The notes under the pieces are model-generated. The model saw nothing but the letters and a program-made list of their open reading frames with translations. It was not told the origin of the DNA and did not search any database. The position numbers were made by a program, and so were the translations under genes. DNA of 63,789 bases, filler included, from Stramenopiles sp. TOSAG23-3 (taxonomy: Eukaryota): assembly GCA_900128585.1 (NCBI GenBank). It is 48 parts of 48 records of this genome, joined end to end, with 100 filler letters (N's around TTAATTAATTAA, not from the genome) between each part and the next. Parts side by side here need not be neighbours in the genome. Positions count along the whole stretch, not along the records: positions 34,732 to 35,961 come from LT646217.1; positions 36,062 to 37,290 come from LT646218.1; positions 37,391 to 38,619 come from LT646219.1; positions 38,720 to 39,948 come from LT646220.1; positions 40,049 to 41,277 come from LT646221.1; positions 41,378 to 42,605 come from LT646222.1; positions 42,706 to 43,932 come from LT646223.1; positions 44,033 to 45,259 come from LT646224.1; 40 more parts are not named here. One strand, written 5' to 3'. Within the stretch, counting starts at the first letter, position 1. Every line of letters begins with the position of its first letter. Positions 35,343-47,091 of this stretch are shown piece after piece.

Positions 35343-35961
35343 AGTTCAAGGAATGTCGACGCGCCTTTATCACTGGCATGTAAGTAAATGCTGGTAGTGG
35401 CGATGGATGCATGACCTAGATTCTTAGAGACAGTCGCAAGATCACACTTATTACGTAGGCTTATCGTAGCGAACGCATGCCTCAGGTAATGGGCGGAAGC
35501 GTTGTATTTACCTAGCACCTTATTAACGCGTTTTGAGGCAGCACTCTTACTAAGCGCCTTATTGTGCCGGCCTTTGAATATGAAGCCTTTGCGAGTCATC
35601 AATATAGGCTTTAGCAGGGCTGAAGTACGAGGGCCCATTGGAACTGTCCTCACTTTATTGCCTTTACCGATTACCGTAAATGTTAGACAGCCATCCGCGC
35701 GCTCTTTTATCATATTCCTGTGTAAAGTACGGCATTCAGAAAGTCTTAGTCCCAAGTAGAACAGTAACTGAAGCAGCAGTTTTGTGTCGCCCTTTGCGCT
35801 GAGTATGGCTTCGATACACGACTGTTGCGGTAAATGGCGTTCCACTTTTATTTGATTCTTCTTGGGAACCCTCAAGCATTTGGAAATGTCTTTGTTAAGG
35901 TAATCCATTCGGTAACAATATTTGAAAAAGCTTTTAACGGCCGCAATGCAACGTCTGCTCG
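35339..35961 (-). CDS. XerC/D-type tyrosine recombinase (copy 2), 5' truncated
   Basis: Same R-K-HxxR-H-Y set as copy 1, with few amino acid changes. Confidence 0.95.
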
Positions 35962-36953
35962 NNNNNNNNNNNNNNNNNNNNNNNNNNNNNNNNNNNNNNN
36001 NNNNNTTAATTAATTAANNNNNNNNNNNNNNNNNNNNNNNNNNNNNNNNNNNNNNNNNNNNATGTGAATACAGAAGGATGTGATGGATCTCAGTACCTTC
36101 ACCACACCACAGCATCCATATTTATTCTATTCTTTTCTTTATATGAGCTAATAGAGTTTGGTATTATATCAGATAGTTATATATAGCGCTAACAGGCGCA
36201 ATTTTCCACATTGTAGTGTGTGCGTAACGGATTGCTTATATAGATATATTAATAGGTAGGTGGATATAGGTTGGGTGTTGGGTACCTACCGTACGTAATC
36301 TACGAGGCGTATGCGTATGCGACGACCCTTGTTGCCTCTTGTCGAAATGTGAACGTTACTCAATATTTACTTGTACGTATTTATATAAAGGAATAGTTAT
36401 ACAAACCCTTTATATAATAGTTATATACGTAGTAGTCGTCTTCTATCCTCCTGAATCCTGAATAACATTTAAAATTGATGAAGCCGGTTTAACTGCTCCG
36501 CTCCTTCTTCTTTTGATAACTTATTTTATGTTTGTATTTTAAATTATTTTATTATAAATTGTAGTATTAATATTATACAGTATTATTCTCATATTATTTT
36601 TTTTGTAAATTTATTATGGATATATTTGTCGCCATTTATTTTATATTATTCATTCAATCATCAACAATTATGTTTTTATAATAATATTTTTTCATATTTT
36701 TTATTATTTTAATATTTTATTTATTATATATGTGTAACTGTTGTTGTCTCCTTCTTTTCTTCTTCCATCATCATGTTCCTTCTTTTCACATTATAATCCA
36801 ACACGAAAGATAGATTGCGTGGAAGCTATACAGTGAACGAAACTGAATTGCATGTGAAGTTAAATATTGACCACATTTTTTCAAGATAGACATTGGGGGG
36901 ATACATAGAGTATTATTAGAAAAGGTTATTTTTCGGTTGTGAAATCGGCTCCC

Positions 36954-37290
36954 ATGAGGAACCAATTGTTCAGGGCAGGGGCCCAATCCAGCAAGATAGC
37001 CCCTAAAGGCACGTTGTCTCCAATAACACGGCCAGCTATCAACCGGAAACCCGTTCACCCAAATGAAGTGGACGAGTACTCGAGCAGGCTGGCAAAGTGG
37101 AAAAAAGAGCGATCCAACCTCCAAGAAATTGACCAATCGAAGGACCTGGGTAAAGGATGGAAACTTTTAAAAAAAAATCGCATTCACGCCAGTTCGCAGA
37201 AAAAAGTGAATGAAGCCATTAAACGCTTGCAATGGCCATGGTACATCGTCCACCCCAACTCTGGGAAGAAAATTCTCTGGGACGTGATAC
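36954..37290 (+). CDS. N-terminus of a cyclic-nucleotide-regulated (KCNH/HCN/CNG-like) ion channel
   Basis: Pre-S1 motif WYIVHPNSGKKILWDVI at the contig end. Confidence 0.65.
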
Positions 37291-37390
37291 NNNNNNNNNN
37301 NNNNNNNNNNNNNNNNNNNNNNNNNNNNNNNNNNTTAATTAATTAANNNNNNNNNNNNNNNNNNNNNNNNNNNNNNNNNNNNNNNNNNNN

Positions 37391-38066
37391 CCAAAAATAC
37401 TGGACGGCACTTCGCAAAAAGATTAAAATCATGCATGACGTCGCCCTTTTAACAAACCGTAGCGGCACGCCTCCACGGATTTGCGAAACAGGGTTCAATG
37501 CTGGCCACTCTGCCTTGATATGGCTGTTATCCCATCCTGGATCCACCGTCGTTTCTTTTGATTTAGGAAAAAACGTTTATGTTCGAGCAGCGTACGGTTG
37601 GTTCAAGGAGTATTTTCCTGGCCGGGTAGATCTGCAATTAGGCGATTCCAAGCAGACCTTGCCTGCGTATAGACGAAAATATCCGGGAGCACCTCCTTGT
37701 GATTTATGGTTCGTTGATGGCGGCCACGACTTTGAGACTGCCTCTAGCGACCTTCAGCATGCGATTGCAATGTCATCGGAACAAACAGTAATCATCATGG
37801 ATGACGTTGATTTTGGCATGGTTTCGAAAGCATGGCAGAATGCAATTGCTTCTAAAAGCATAGCCGAGCTTGGCCGCGTACGAAGTATATACCAGCCATG
37901 CATAGAAATTGAAGATACATATTTTTCGGCAATCACGCCTTGTGCGCTTTGTCAAGAACCCGGTGCAGCAGAAAAATACGGGGAGAACTGCCGTGGCGCT
38001 TCAGTAACTGACGTTACTGTGGCATATGGTCAAGTGCTCTCTGGGGAAAAGACCGTGTTATTATAA
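37391..38066 (+). CDS. Class I SAM-dependent methyltransferase (Methyltransf_24-like), 5' truncated
   Basis: ICETGFNAGHSAL, VVSFDLG, GDSKQTLP, CDLWFVDGGH. Confidence 0.85.
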
Positions 38067-38099
38067 TAGTAGACCCATTCGCAGAGGCAATGACGTTGA

Positions 38100-38300
38100 G
38101 ATTAAGAAGTTCTTTATACTTCGTAAGAATCGATTTTTCGCTACACTGAACGCGAACAACAAGGAGTACAAGCTGTGCGCGATGGTGAACCATAGTGGAG
38201 GCACCGGCGGGGGACACTACACCGCCGCTTGCCGAAGAAAGAACGGGAGTTGGATCATGGCGAACGATAATTTTATCACGGAATTGAATGGACTGGCCAA
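38100..38300 (+). pseudogene. Isolated ubiquitin-specific protease (C19) His-box fragment
   Basis: YKLCAMVNHSGGTGGGHYTAACRRKNGSWIMANDNFITE. There is no Cys box and no room for one upstream. Confidence 0.6.
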
Positions 38301-38719
38301 ATCAAGTGCACACCCACCATATAATATATATATTGTTCTACGCCGTATAGTATGTGCGGGAAAATTGTTCATTGTATCACGCTGGGGATCGCGACCACGT
38401 ACGTATTTTTTGGTAATGATATACATATATGAAGTACCTTTGAATAGGTAAATGCCTACAATATTATATATTCTAATTTCATACTTAACAATATATTTAT
38501 TTTTGATAGGGAATAACTATACAAATATTCATACTTAATTAGTCAATGCAACCTGCAAATTTAACACCCTCCACTTCGATTTCTACGATGCTTCCAAGTG
38601 CTATTATTATTAGTCGTCTNNNNNNNNNNNNNNNNNNNNNNNNNNNNNNNNNNNNNNNNNNNNTTAATTAATTAANNNNNNNNNNNNNNNNNNNNNNNNN
38701 NNNNNNNNNNNNNNNNNNN

Positions 38720-39815
38720 ATTGGAACACTACGCGTTCTTCGTTTAGCATGGCACGCATGATGCGCAAAATGTTGCATGGTTCAAGTCTATGGAACAACA
38801 CTTCCATATCAATGTCTAGCGGAGGGGGGTCCACGTTCAAGCGCATATTCTTTGTGTCGAGGTCCTCAAGCGTCGACTGCAAAATATTATCGCTGGACTT
38901 TCGTTCGAGCCCCGACACTTTCCTCACGGCCGCCGCCAGATCCACATATTCGTCCCCTAAATCCTCGGATTCTTGTCTGGTTGTTCGGAACAATGCCTTG
39001 TTCACCTCTCTGCTTCCCTGGCGGTCAATAAGTCTTAGTCGCGAACCGAGCTTCGAGACGAACCCTTGCTGAACACGCTGCCCGTGCGCTCGTGCCCACG
39101 AAACGATGTCGTTCTGCCACGACGAGCTGTCCGAGTACCGTGGGAGTGGCTTCGTTGCGCTGTCCTGAAGCACTAAGTCTCTGAACAAGGAAGAGATGGC
39201 CTGGTGCTGCTTCCGCTTCGTCGTTAGACAAAATGCCATCGGCTGAAAATATACATCGGTATCCACTGTTGTCTCCTCCGGTAGTTTAAGGCGGCACCAG
39301 CGTATTACGCAGTGCCCGTACAAGTACGACCCATCGCCCTCGGTGATAACAAAAGAATGCCAAGTGGCGTCCGGGGTCGGGATATCTTCCACCCCGTCAT
39401 CACCGACCAGGCCAAGCCCACCCAGCAGGTTCGTATTATTGCTGGAGCTGCGATTCATGCGGTCGCCCCGGTTCGAAACCAGCTTAACCCCGCTCGGAAA
39501 AACAAACGCGCCGAGGTTGCGAGACGGCGTGCGTGGCCCAAAGTGCCCCACTACTTTCATGTGCCCTTTATCGGTTGCCAGTCGGCCCCGCAAACGCGTT
39601 CGGGCCCACCTGATATCATCCTTGTACTCCTTCCCCGCCGCTTCCGATTTGATACGTTCTGTTGTATTGTACTCGATGTCTTTGTCTATTAGGTGGATCA
39701 AAGAATCTATATCAAGGCTAAATATACACACCGTCGCACCACTGCCCCGCGACGCGTCCGTCCCCGCACTGCTGCTGCTGGCCGTGGCGTTTTGGCCATT
39801 CGCAATACTAGTCAT
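38720..39815 (-). CDS. DENN-domain Rab GEF (3' truncated)
   Basis: uDENN FVFPSG and HSFVITEGDGSYLYGHC; PMAFCLTT; LFHRLEPCNILRIMRAMLNEERVVF. Confidence 0.88.
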
Positions 39816-40164
39816 ATATAAATATAAATGTAGACAAAAAGGCCAACAAAAGACACACGGCAACGATAGGATATATGCTGATTGTTGTTTTCCTTCGTCT
39901 TTCCTTTCCTATTCTTTCCACGTTCCACGTTCCATCCCATTCCATTTCNNNNNNNNNNNNNNNNNNNNNNNNNNNNNNNNNNNNNNNNNNNNTTAATTAA
40001 TTAANNNNNNNNNNNNNNNNNNNNNNNNNNNNNNNNNNNNNNNNNNNNATCTTACAAATTATTGTTTTGTATAGACAAAACAATGCACAATGCCGAAATT
40101 AACAAGAGACAAAGCACCTTCAAAGCCAAAACTTTAAAGACTTCTTTTGTACAATTTTCTAAAT

Positions 40165-40626
40165 TTAAATAAAAAAGATTTTATATAGAGAACTTATATT
40201 TATGGAGCTTCCTTTCCTCGCCGCCTCTCTCTCCCGCCGAGAACGCTGTTTTCGCTTGGCCAGGAGAATTTTGGCTTGCACCACCTTCAGCTCAACCTCC
40301 AGCGCCTTGGCCTCTTCCCTCTTGAGGTTGGCCTCTTCCCTCTTGAGGTTGGCCTCTTCCCTCCTCAGGCCCGCCCTGTACTTCTTCTTTGCGGCACTGG
40401 CTTGGATTGCCCGAATCGCATTTTCCTGAGTAATGGAAGGCGGTGGCGGATACGAAGGCAGCGGGGGTGGAAGTTTGGAAGGTCCGGGTGGAAGTTTGTG
40501 CGACCGTGACGGGGGCTCCCGATGGTGAGAGATCCTCGCCTTCGCCCGCTTTTTTTGGGCTTGGACTTTTTTTCCTGCCCTACATCCTCTTTTGCGTCGT
40601 TTCTTTACCATATTTTGTTTTTTCAA
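40165..40626 (-). CDS. Basic low-complexity hypothetical protein with REEANLK repeats
   Basis: GC-rich ORF containing an in-frame 21-bp tandem repeat. Confidence 0.4.
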   Translation of the reverse strand: MKKQNMVKKRRKRGCRAGKKVQAQKKRAKARISHHREPPSRSHKLPPGPSKLPPPLPSYPPPPSITQENAIRAIQASAAKKKYRAGLRREEANLKREEANLKREEAKALEVELKVVQAKILLAKRKQRSRREREAARKGSSINISSLYKIFFI

Positions 40627-41377
40627 TTGAGGATTTTTATCTTTTCTTGTCCTGCTTTGATCCCAATACTCAACTTTTCTTAATCTAAAATTTTATTCTG
40701 GTGCTTGCTTTCCAGTCACTTTTCTTGCATTTGTACAAATACTCTTACTTTCTAGTAAATGTATGAGAAATTAAAAGCACTTCATAAATTCATTTATGAG
40801 GTGGTTACTTTTTTTTTTACTTTGTCAGTGAGAGGATTGTTACATCTACACAGCATGAAAATTAATTATATTTGTATAGGAAAGAAGACACAAACAGCAT
40901 ACACTAATGTTGTACTTAAGGGGTCTATAATATAACAGAAGGACAGTATTGCAACAACAGATTTTACACTACTTACCATCTTAAATAACCACAGGATTGA
41001 ACATCTTCTGTTCAATAGTTTTGTATCTGTAGTATCTCTCATATGTATACATAATATCATAATTCGCCTATCAAGAACATTGAATTGTAACTTTTAATGC
41101 TGTCATGATGTATTGAGTTATTTCTATAAAAATAAATAATAAAAGAAACCCTCTCACTTTTGGTGAAATAAAACCATTATTTTAAATCAGTTGAAAGGAA
41201 GAGTATTCGTATATTGAACAGAATGGAGGGAAAGAAACATTTTCAGCACAATTCCTTTGAGTGGGGATAAAAACAAGNNNNNNNNNNNNNNNNNNNNNNN
41301 NNNNNNNNNNNNNNNNNNNNNTTAATTAATTAANNNNNNNNNNNNNNNNNNNNNNNNNNNNNNNNNNNNNNNNNNNN

Positions 41378-42605
41378 CCTACTCATCACTCCCGAATTAC
41401 GCATTTGCTGCTAGCATTACAAAGTATAATACGTCAAGTATTTAAATATCATATTAGGTTATGGACCTCAAGAACGATTCCCCCGCGCAACACGCGCCTC
41501 AACCGCCTGAAACACGGCAATCACGAGCAAACATTAGTTTTGCACAAAAACTACCGAAAGCGGACCTAAAAGACCACGCTGGGATGAAAACATACCTCAG
41601 CACGCTGGCAGACGTCCTCCCATCGGTAAACGAGCTAGCAGCGGCCATCATACTCGGACACGATTTCGTATCATCATGTGGAACATCCTTCAATGGATTA
41701 ATGAAGATATCCGACACAGAAGAAATCATGAAGCTCACGTTCACCGAAACAACTCGGAACAATGAAGAACCAATCGCACACTTCGATTCAAACGAGAGCA
41801 GTTCCGGCAAGGAACTGATTGCCGCCGACCGAATCCTAAAGTCGATATTCGCCCTGAGCAGCACCCAAGACACATTGAAAACGTTATCAGCTTTCCACAC
41901 TGCCGTCGAAAAGGTAGAGCACATACGCACGTCGCTCATGCTCAAAACACACAGCGATACCACTCGATTGTTCAGCTTCCTACTGATCAACAATTTTTCC
42001 GATTTCGGAAAGTTCTCAACGTGGAGTGCCCACGTATACAAGCACTGGCTCGAAATCGACTTTGACAATATCGATCGATTCGACCTCCTAAAATTCGTAC
42101 TGACAAACACGTCATCGAAGTACAAACCCATCATGGAAGAAATCATGCTAAACCACCCAAATGCAGATTTTGCAGAAATGAACGACCTCGTCAGCAAATG
42201 GGAGGAAGTTCACAGAACAATCAATTCACGATGGTACCGAGACGGACGCCGTGATAACCAACGACGCCCCACAAGACTGGCACACGCAGCACAAACCCGC
42301 AGCGATGGATCGCCGGCCCAAACACGACCGCATGAGACACATGAATATGAATTGTGATGCTGTCCCAGAATTCGACAGAAAAACGACACCCTCAACAGTC
42401 AGTACGCAAAACGAACCCGACAAAAGGGCGCCCACCAAAAACGAAGCGGACGAAAACCTTCCACTCCCTCTTGCGACCAGGGGAGTAGCCGAAGTGCCGT
42501 AGCAACCCCTCAACGATTGAGGGGAGTGTTGAGAATCAGAGAGACTTACGTATCCCACTAAGTCACTCCATATCTCCAAGAAACAATCGCAGTGGTCTTG
42601 CACGC
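41378..42605 (+). mobile_element. Gag-only (non-autonomous or internally deleted) Ty1/copia-type LTR retrotransposon: LTR end - PBS - gag - PPT - LTR start
   Basis: PBS-like GGTTATGGACC at 41457. PPT GAGGGGAG at 42519-42526 is directly followed by TGTTG at 42527. Both lie exactly 79 bp from the contig ends. Confidence 0.75.
41461..42357 (+). CDS. Gag-like protein
   Basis: ATG lies inside the PBS; LLKFVLTNTSSKYKPIMEEIM...DFAEMNDLVSKWEE resembles the copia gag (UBN2/Retrotran_gag_2) helix pattern. Confidence 0.6.
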   Translation: MDLKNDSPAQHAPQPPETRQSRANISFAQKLPKADLKDHAGMKTYLSTLADVLPSVNELAAAIILGHDFVSSCGTSFNGLMKISDTEEIMKLTFTETTRNNEEPIAHFDSNESSSGKELIAADRILKSIFALSSTQDTLKTLSAFHTAVEKVEHIRTSLMLKTHSDTTRLFSFLLINNFSDFGKFSTWSAHVYKHWLEIDFDNIDRFDLLKFVLTNTSSKYKPIMEEIMLNHPNADFAEMNDLVSKWEEVHRTINSRWYRDGRRDNQRRPTRLAHAAQTRSDGSPAQTRPHETHEYEL

Positions 42606-43089
42606 NNNNNNNNNNNNNNNNNNNNNNNNNNNNNNNNNNNNNNNNNNNNTTAATTAATTAANNNNNNNNNNNNNNNNNNNNNNNNNNNNNNNNNNNNNNN
42701 NNNNNCAAAATTACAGAACCAAGTTAGGATTAGGGTATGAGGAAGCTAAATTTAATTACTTAAATAACAGCCAATTTTCTTGTTTTTTTTTATTTAAAAG
42801 TGATTAAAATTAATGTACTGCGAACTGAAATCTAGTAATTATCATTACACAAAGTTGTGATGATCATCTGTAAACTCGTACTCTATACTAAACAATGTAA
42901 ACTAGAAAACAACTATAATCTAAGCTTTTAATCTTGACTCTCTTTAAAACTTCTCTTTTCGTTTCTGACGTCGGTCTCGTATACGCACGAAACCTCGGTG
43001 TGGCTGTACACAGAAGCGCAGGTGCTTAGCGGAATCTGAGAACATCTCAGCGGCGTCATTGAACATTTGGATTAATATTTATTGGATAT

Positions 43090-43932
43090 TCAAAGAATCA
43101 ACTCTTGCGTTAATTTCACAATATTTTCAGTTGAGTGGAAAGGACCATAAAAGTTTCCTAGTTTTACCAGCGACGATTTTGTTGCAAGTGAAAAATGCTG
43201 ATTGGTTAGGACTCCCCGACATTGAACTTCAAACCAACCCCGCCATCGATTAAATTTTATTACCATGGAAACCGCGCTTGTTGCCACGATCTTAAGCACC
43301 AAGCTTTCCAAGTCTATGCTGACAATTAACTTATTTCCTTTGTTCTGCAATTTTAAAATCTCGCTGTGCAATTTCGACATCAGCTTCATACCCACTTTGT
43401 GAAACAAATTGTTCATAAATAACGATATATCCACATTAGGTAGTATTTTCTCGTCTAAAACAATTTCACCGCTGGAAGCTGTGCATTTTATAAAGCTTAA
43501 TTCGGGCCGGAATAAATTCTCTTTCAGTTGGAAAAAGACTGTACCTCCTCCGAGTGGCGAAAGATTCCAAAACTCAATTTTGAGCGAATTTTTCTCCCAG
43601 TTGGTGGGAACGAGTACTTTGACGCCTCTAATTGAAGAGGCTTCCAGTGCCAGGATTTGAATCTTGCGACTAGCACATTTCGCGTTAAGTAATGCAAACA
43701 TATTATCAAGAGAGTTATTTCTACTGAAATATATCGTGAGGTCCTTTTCGCAGTCATTATGGAAAAGGACACTATCGATAAAGGCCTGGTCTATTGTCCA
43801 ATACTCGTATGTAAACTTGTAAATATTAGCAAAGAAGGCTTTATGATTTTCCACCACCATCAAACGTCCGCACAATTCCATAAATTCTTTCTCCCTCCCG
43901 TTGTATTTCAAATCAATTAGTTCTTTGAAAAG
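43090..43932 (-). CDS. Hypothetical protein, C-terminal part
   Basis: 273+ aa ORF with no recognised motif. Confidence 0.5.
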   Translation of the reverse strand, partial: LFKELIDLKYNGREKEFMELCGRLMVVENHKAFFANIYKFTYEYWTIDQAFIDSVLFHNDCEKDLTIYFSRNNSLDNMFALLNAKCASRKIQILALEASSIRGVKVLVPTNWEKNSLKIEFWNLSPLGGGTVFFQLKENLFRPELSFIKCTASSGEIVLDEKILPNVDISLFMNNLFHKVGMKLMSKLHSEILKLQNKGNKLIVSIDLESLVLKIVATSAVSMVIKFNRWRGWFEVQCRGVLTNQHFSLATKSSLVKLGNFYGPFHSTENIVKLTQELIL

Positions 43933-44032
43933 NNNNNNNNNNNNNNNNNNNNNNNNNNNNNNNNNNNNNNNNNNNNTTAATTAATTAANNNNNNNNNNNN
44001 NNNNNNNNNNNNNNNNNNNNNNNNNNNNNNNN

Positions 44033-45259
44033 TCGCCAACTGCCAACAAAAGCTGTCAGCAAGCTTGCGATGGCAATGGTTCCACGCCATATTCATGCAA
44101 ATGAGCCTATTTATACTGAAGGCTCGTATCCTCGCACAGTTTCATTTGTATACTCTGGAGTCGTGGCGTGCGGTTGCAGATGTAGTTGAAGGTGACTCGT
44201 TTGGAGAAAAAGCGTTACAAAATGATAAACCTAGAAACGCCAGCGTGCGGTGCGAATCAGAATACATGAAACTGTGTGTTATATCACGAGAGCAATACAC
44301 AAAAATCATTGCTCCAAAATCAAAAAGCATAGTCGCAAATATAAAGAGTGCGTCGGCAGTTCTAAACAAAGATCCTTCACAGAGAACAAAAAATGACATA
44401 AATATTCTTCTAAAATTGGTCCAGCCTTTGGATTTTTTCAAGCAACTTCCAGAGGAGCAAAAAATTTTAATTTTGAAATGCTGTACCGGGTTCAATTTAG
44501 ACAGTGAAAATCTCTTGTTTCGACAAGGTGATGCCGGTGTTTCAATGTACGTTGTTTTAAGAGGGTTTGTAAATGTATATATTAGAAATGCTGAGCAAAG
44601 CAACGATTCTACTGAACTTTCAAATGCAGACAGTAGATGTTTGGGAACCTGCGTGGCTAATCTTGTAGTTGGCGGCTCGTTTGGTGAGCTGGCACTGATG
44701 CGAGGAGAACCTCGTAATGCGACCATTACGGCTGGAATAGATGGGGCACAGTTACTAGTGATTCCTAAAGAAAACTACGACAAAATTGCAAAAAACACAA
44801 ATATTGTGTACAATATCAGTCATCAGCTTGATATCTTGCATAAACCAACGGAAAAGCGCATGCCGGGGGATGTTGATGAATTGCTCTCCTTTGTAAACCA
44901 GCTGGCGTTCTTTAAACAACTCCCAACGGCTTGTGTCAGAGCGCTGCTGAAAAAATTAAATGATAACGCGGTCAGAGAATTGTTCGAAAGTAAGAGCATT
45001 GAAAAAATTGAAGCAAGGAGTCTATCTCCTACCAAGAAAAGTCTTGACGCCCCAGGTACGGTCGAAGACACCATGCAATCAGTTTCATTGAACTCCACAA
45101 GATCGACTCTGAATGATAATTCTATACTGAACAAAGGAGACTCAGGATTTTATCAAGAGAATTCCGTGACCTTGACCTATACACCGCATCTGTCTTTTCA
45201 TGAGAGACCAGCGGCAAAGCAAAAGTGGAAGATGAATATTGCCCAGATGGTCCAAGCCC
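44033..45259 (+). CDS. Multi cyclic-nucleotide-binding domain protein (internal fragment)
   Basis: GDSFGEKAL..PRNASV; LFRQGDAGVSMYVVLRG...GGSFGELALMRGEPRNATI. Confidence 0.92.
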
Positions 45260-45359
45260 NNNNNNNNNNNNNNNNNNNNNNNNNNNNNNNNNNNNNNNNN
45301 NNNTTAATTAATTAANNNNNNNNNNNNNNNNNNNNNNNNNNNNNNNNNNNNNNNNNNNN

Positions 45360-46586
45360 CGGACGATGCGTTTGCAAAAGAAAACGACCAAGGAAAACTT
45401 ATTACTGACATCATAAAATCGCGATCGCAATCAAGGAGCACCTTGAAGAATACTTGAGCGGCCGGCCTGCCGTTGGCTTGTCCGAGGAGGAAGAGGAAAC
45501 CTTCAAAGGCATCCGTGTCAAGGCAGTGGAGTTTGGCAAGGGCGACGGCAAAATCATAAAAATGAGAAAGAAGCGTGGCGCACTTGTGCACAAAATCGAT
45601 CACGAAAAGGGGCATATGAAAAAGGTCAAGTCAAAGCTGAAGGCACACGCATTGGAGCACGCAGAAGGGAAGCTCGAGAAAATGGTGCAAAAACTGGCTG
45701 CTATCGACGACAAGATCCGGGAAGAAAAGCAAAAGGTTGGCACGAACAACCCTGTTTGTGCGTACGTGACCTTCTCCAGAAACGAGGGCCGACTGCGCAT
45801 GGAGGACAACTACCCCAACCAAACGCTGCCGTACTTATGCCAGCCGTGCTGCAAAGGGAAAGAGGCCCTTCTCAGAGGAAAGTACCGTTACCACGTAGGC
45901 GACGCCCCCGAGCCAGAGAACATCTGGTGGGAGAACCTAGCAGTTTCGAAAAAGAGTCGGTGCTGCCGAAAATTGTTTTCTGCGCTCGTAACGTTGGTCC
46001 TTCTCATTATATCGATCGGAGGGATCAGTGTAGTGAAGGGGTTTAACTCAAAGCTTGCGCGGATGTACTCGCCAGTAGAATGCAAGTCCCTGAGAAAACA
46101 GTACACGGGCGATGAAAACGGGAAAATAACGAAAATAGACGTTGAGTTAGACCAATTGAATTTATTTCTAGAGCCGGTACTATCGGGCAACGAGAGCATC
46201 AAGTTGAAGCCTGGGGAGACGTACAGCGGGCCGACGAGGTTGGCAAGGAAGCCGACAAAGGACAACGTGTTTCAGTGCTATTGCCAATCGGTGCTGTTGG
46301 ACCCCGATGATACCGTGAAGGAACATATATTTGCCCCAAAGGCGGACTTCATGGCTCAAAACATTACGTCGGCCCTCAACCTCACAAAAATCGACAAGGA
46401 TATGTTGGACGAATACGACATAGTGAGCAAAGACCTGGACATGCCCAAGGGCAGCTGGTGCGTCAAATACGCATATGATTACGCGCAAATTACCGGCTTA
46501 ACCTTTGGTTCCGTCATTTTGGTTGTTGTCATCAATATGGTGCTGAAAATGTGCATGAAGCGCCTTGTTAAGTTCGAGAAACCAAT
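45360..46586 (+). CDS. OSCA/TMEM63 (CSC1)-like mechanosensitive channel (internal fragment)
   Basis: CAYVTF and APEPENIWWENL followed by TM helices; LVKFEK. Confidence 0.85.
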
Positions 46587-47091
46587 NNNNNNNNNNNNNN
46601 NNNNNNNNNNNNNNNNNNNNNNNNNNNNNNTTAATTAATTAANNNNNNNNNNNNNNNNNNNNNNNNNNNNNNNNNNNNNNNNNNNNAAGTAAAAGAAGGA
46701 AAAGAAGAACTCTATAAAAATGAAAAATGAGTATAGAATCCTTACTTTTATGCAGTAGTTTAAATTAAGGGACGATAGAGCATCATCGTCTGCTCCACTA
46801 CTTATAATAACTATAATAATAATATAATATTTTTATTTTTTTTATTATTAGACTATTATTACTGTATTTTTTTTTTTTTGTGTTGTTGTCGCAGCGTTTT
46901 TTTTTTTATTATTGTGAGATCTAAATATATATCTATAATACATAATGATGGAATGAATGTATTTACTGGGTGGGAAAATACACAGCCTTTGACATGTTTT
47001 TTTGATTACGTCAGATGCGTGTTCCCTTTACTTCCTGCGTATATATATTTGTACCTTTCCCAAACGAATATTAAGGAAGAGAAGAAGAAGC

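Noticed and set aside
9392-35961. A single viral locus linking the ATPase, RNR and recombinase genes
   Set aside because: They lie on separate size-sorted contigs, so physical linkage cannot be inferred from this window.
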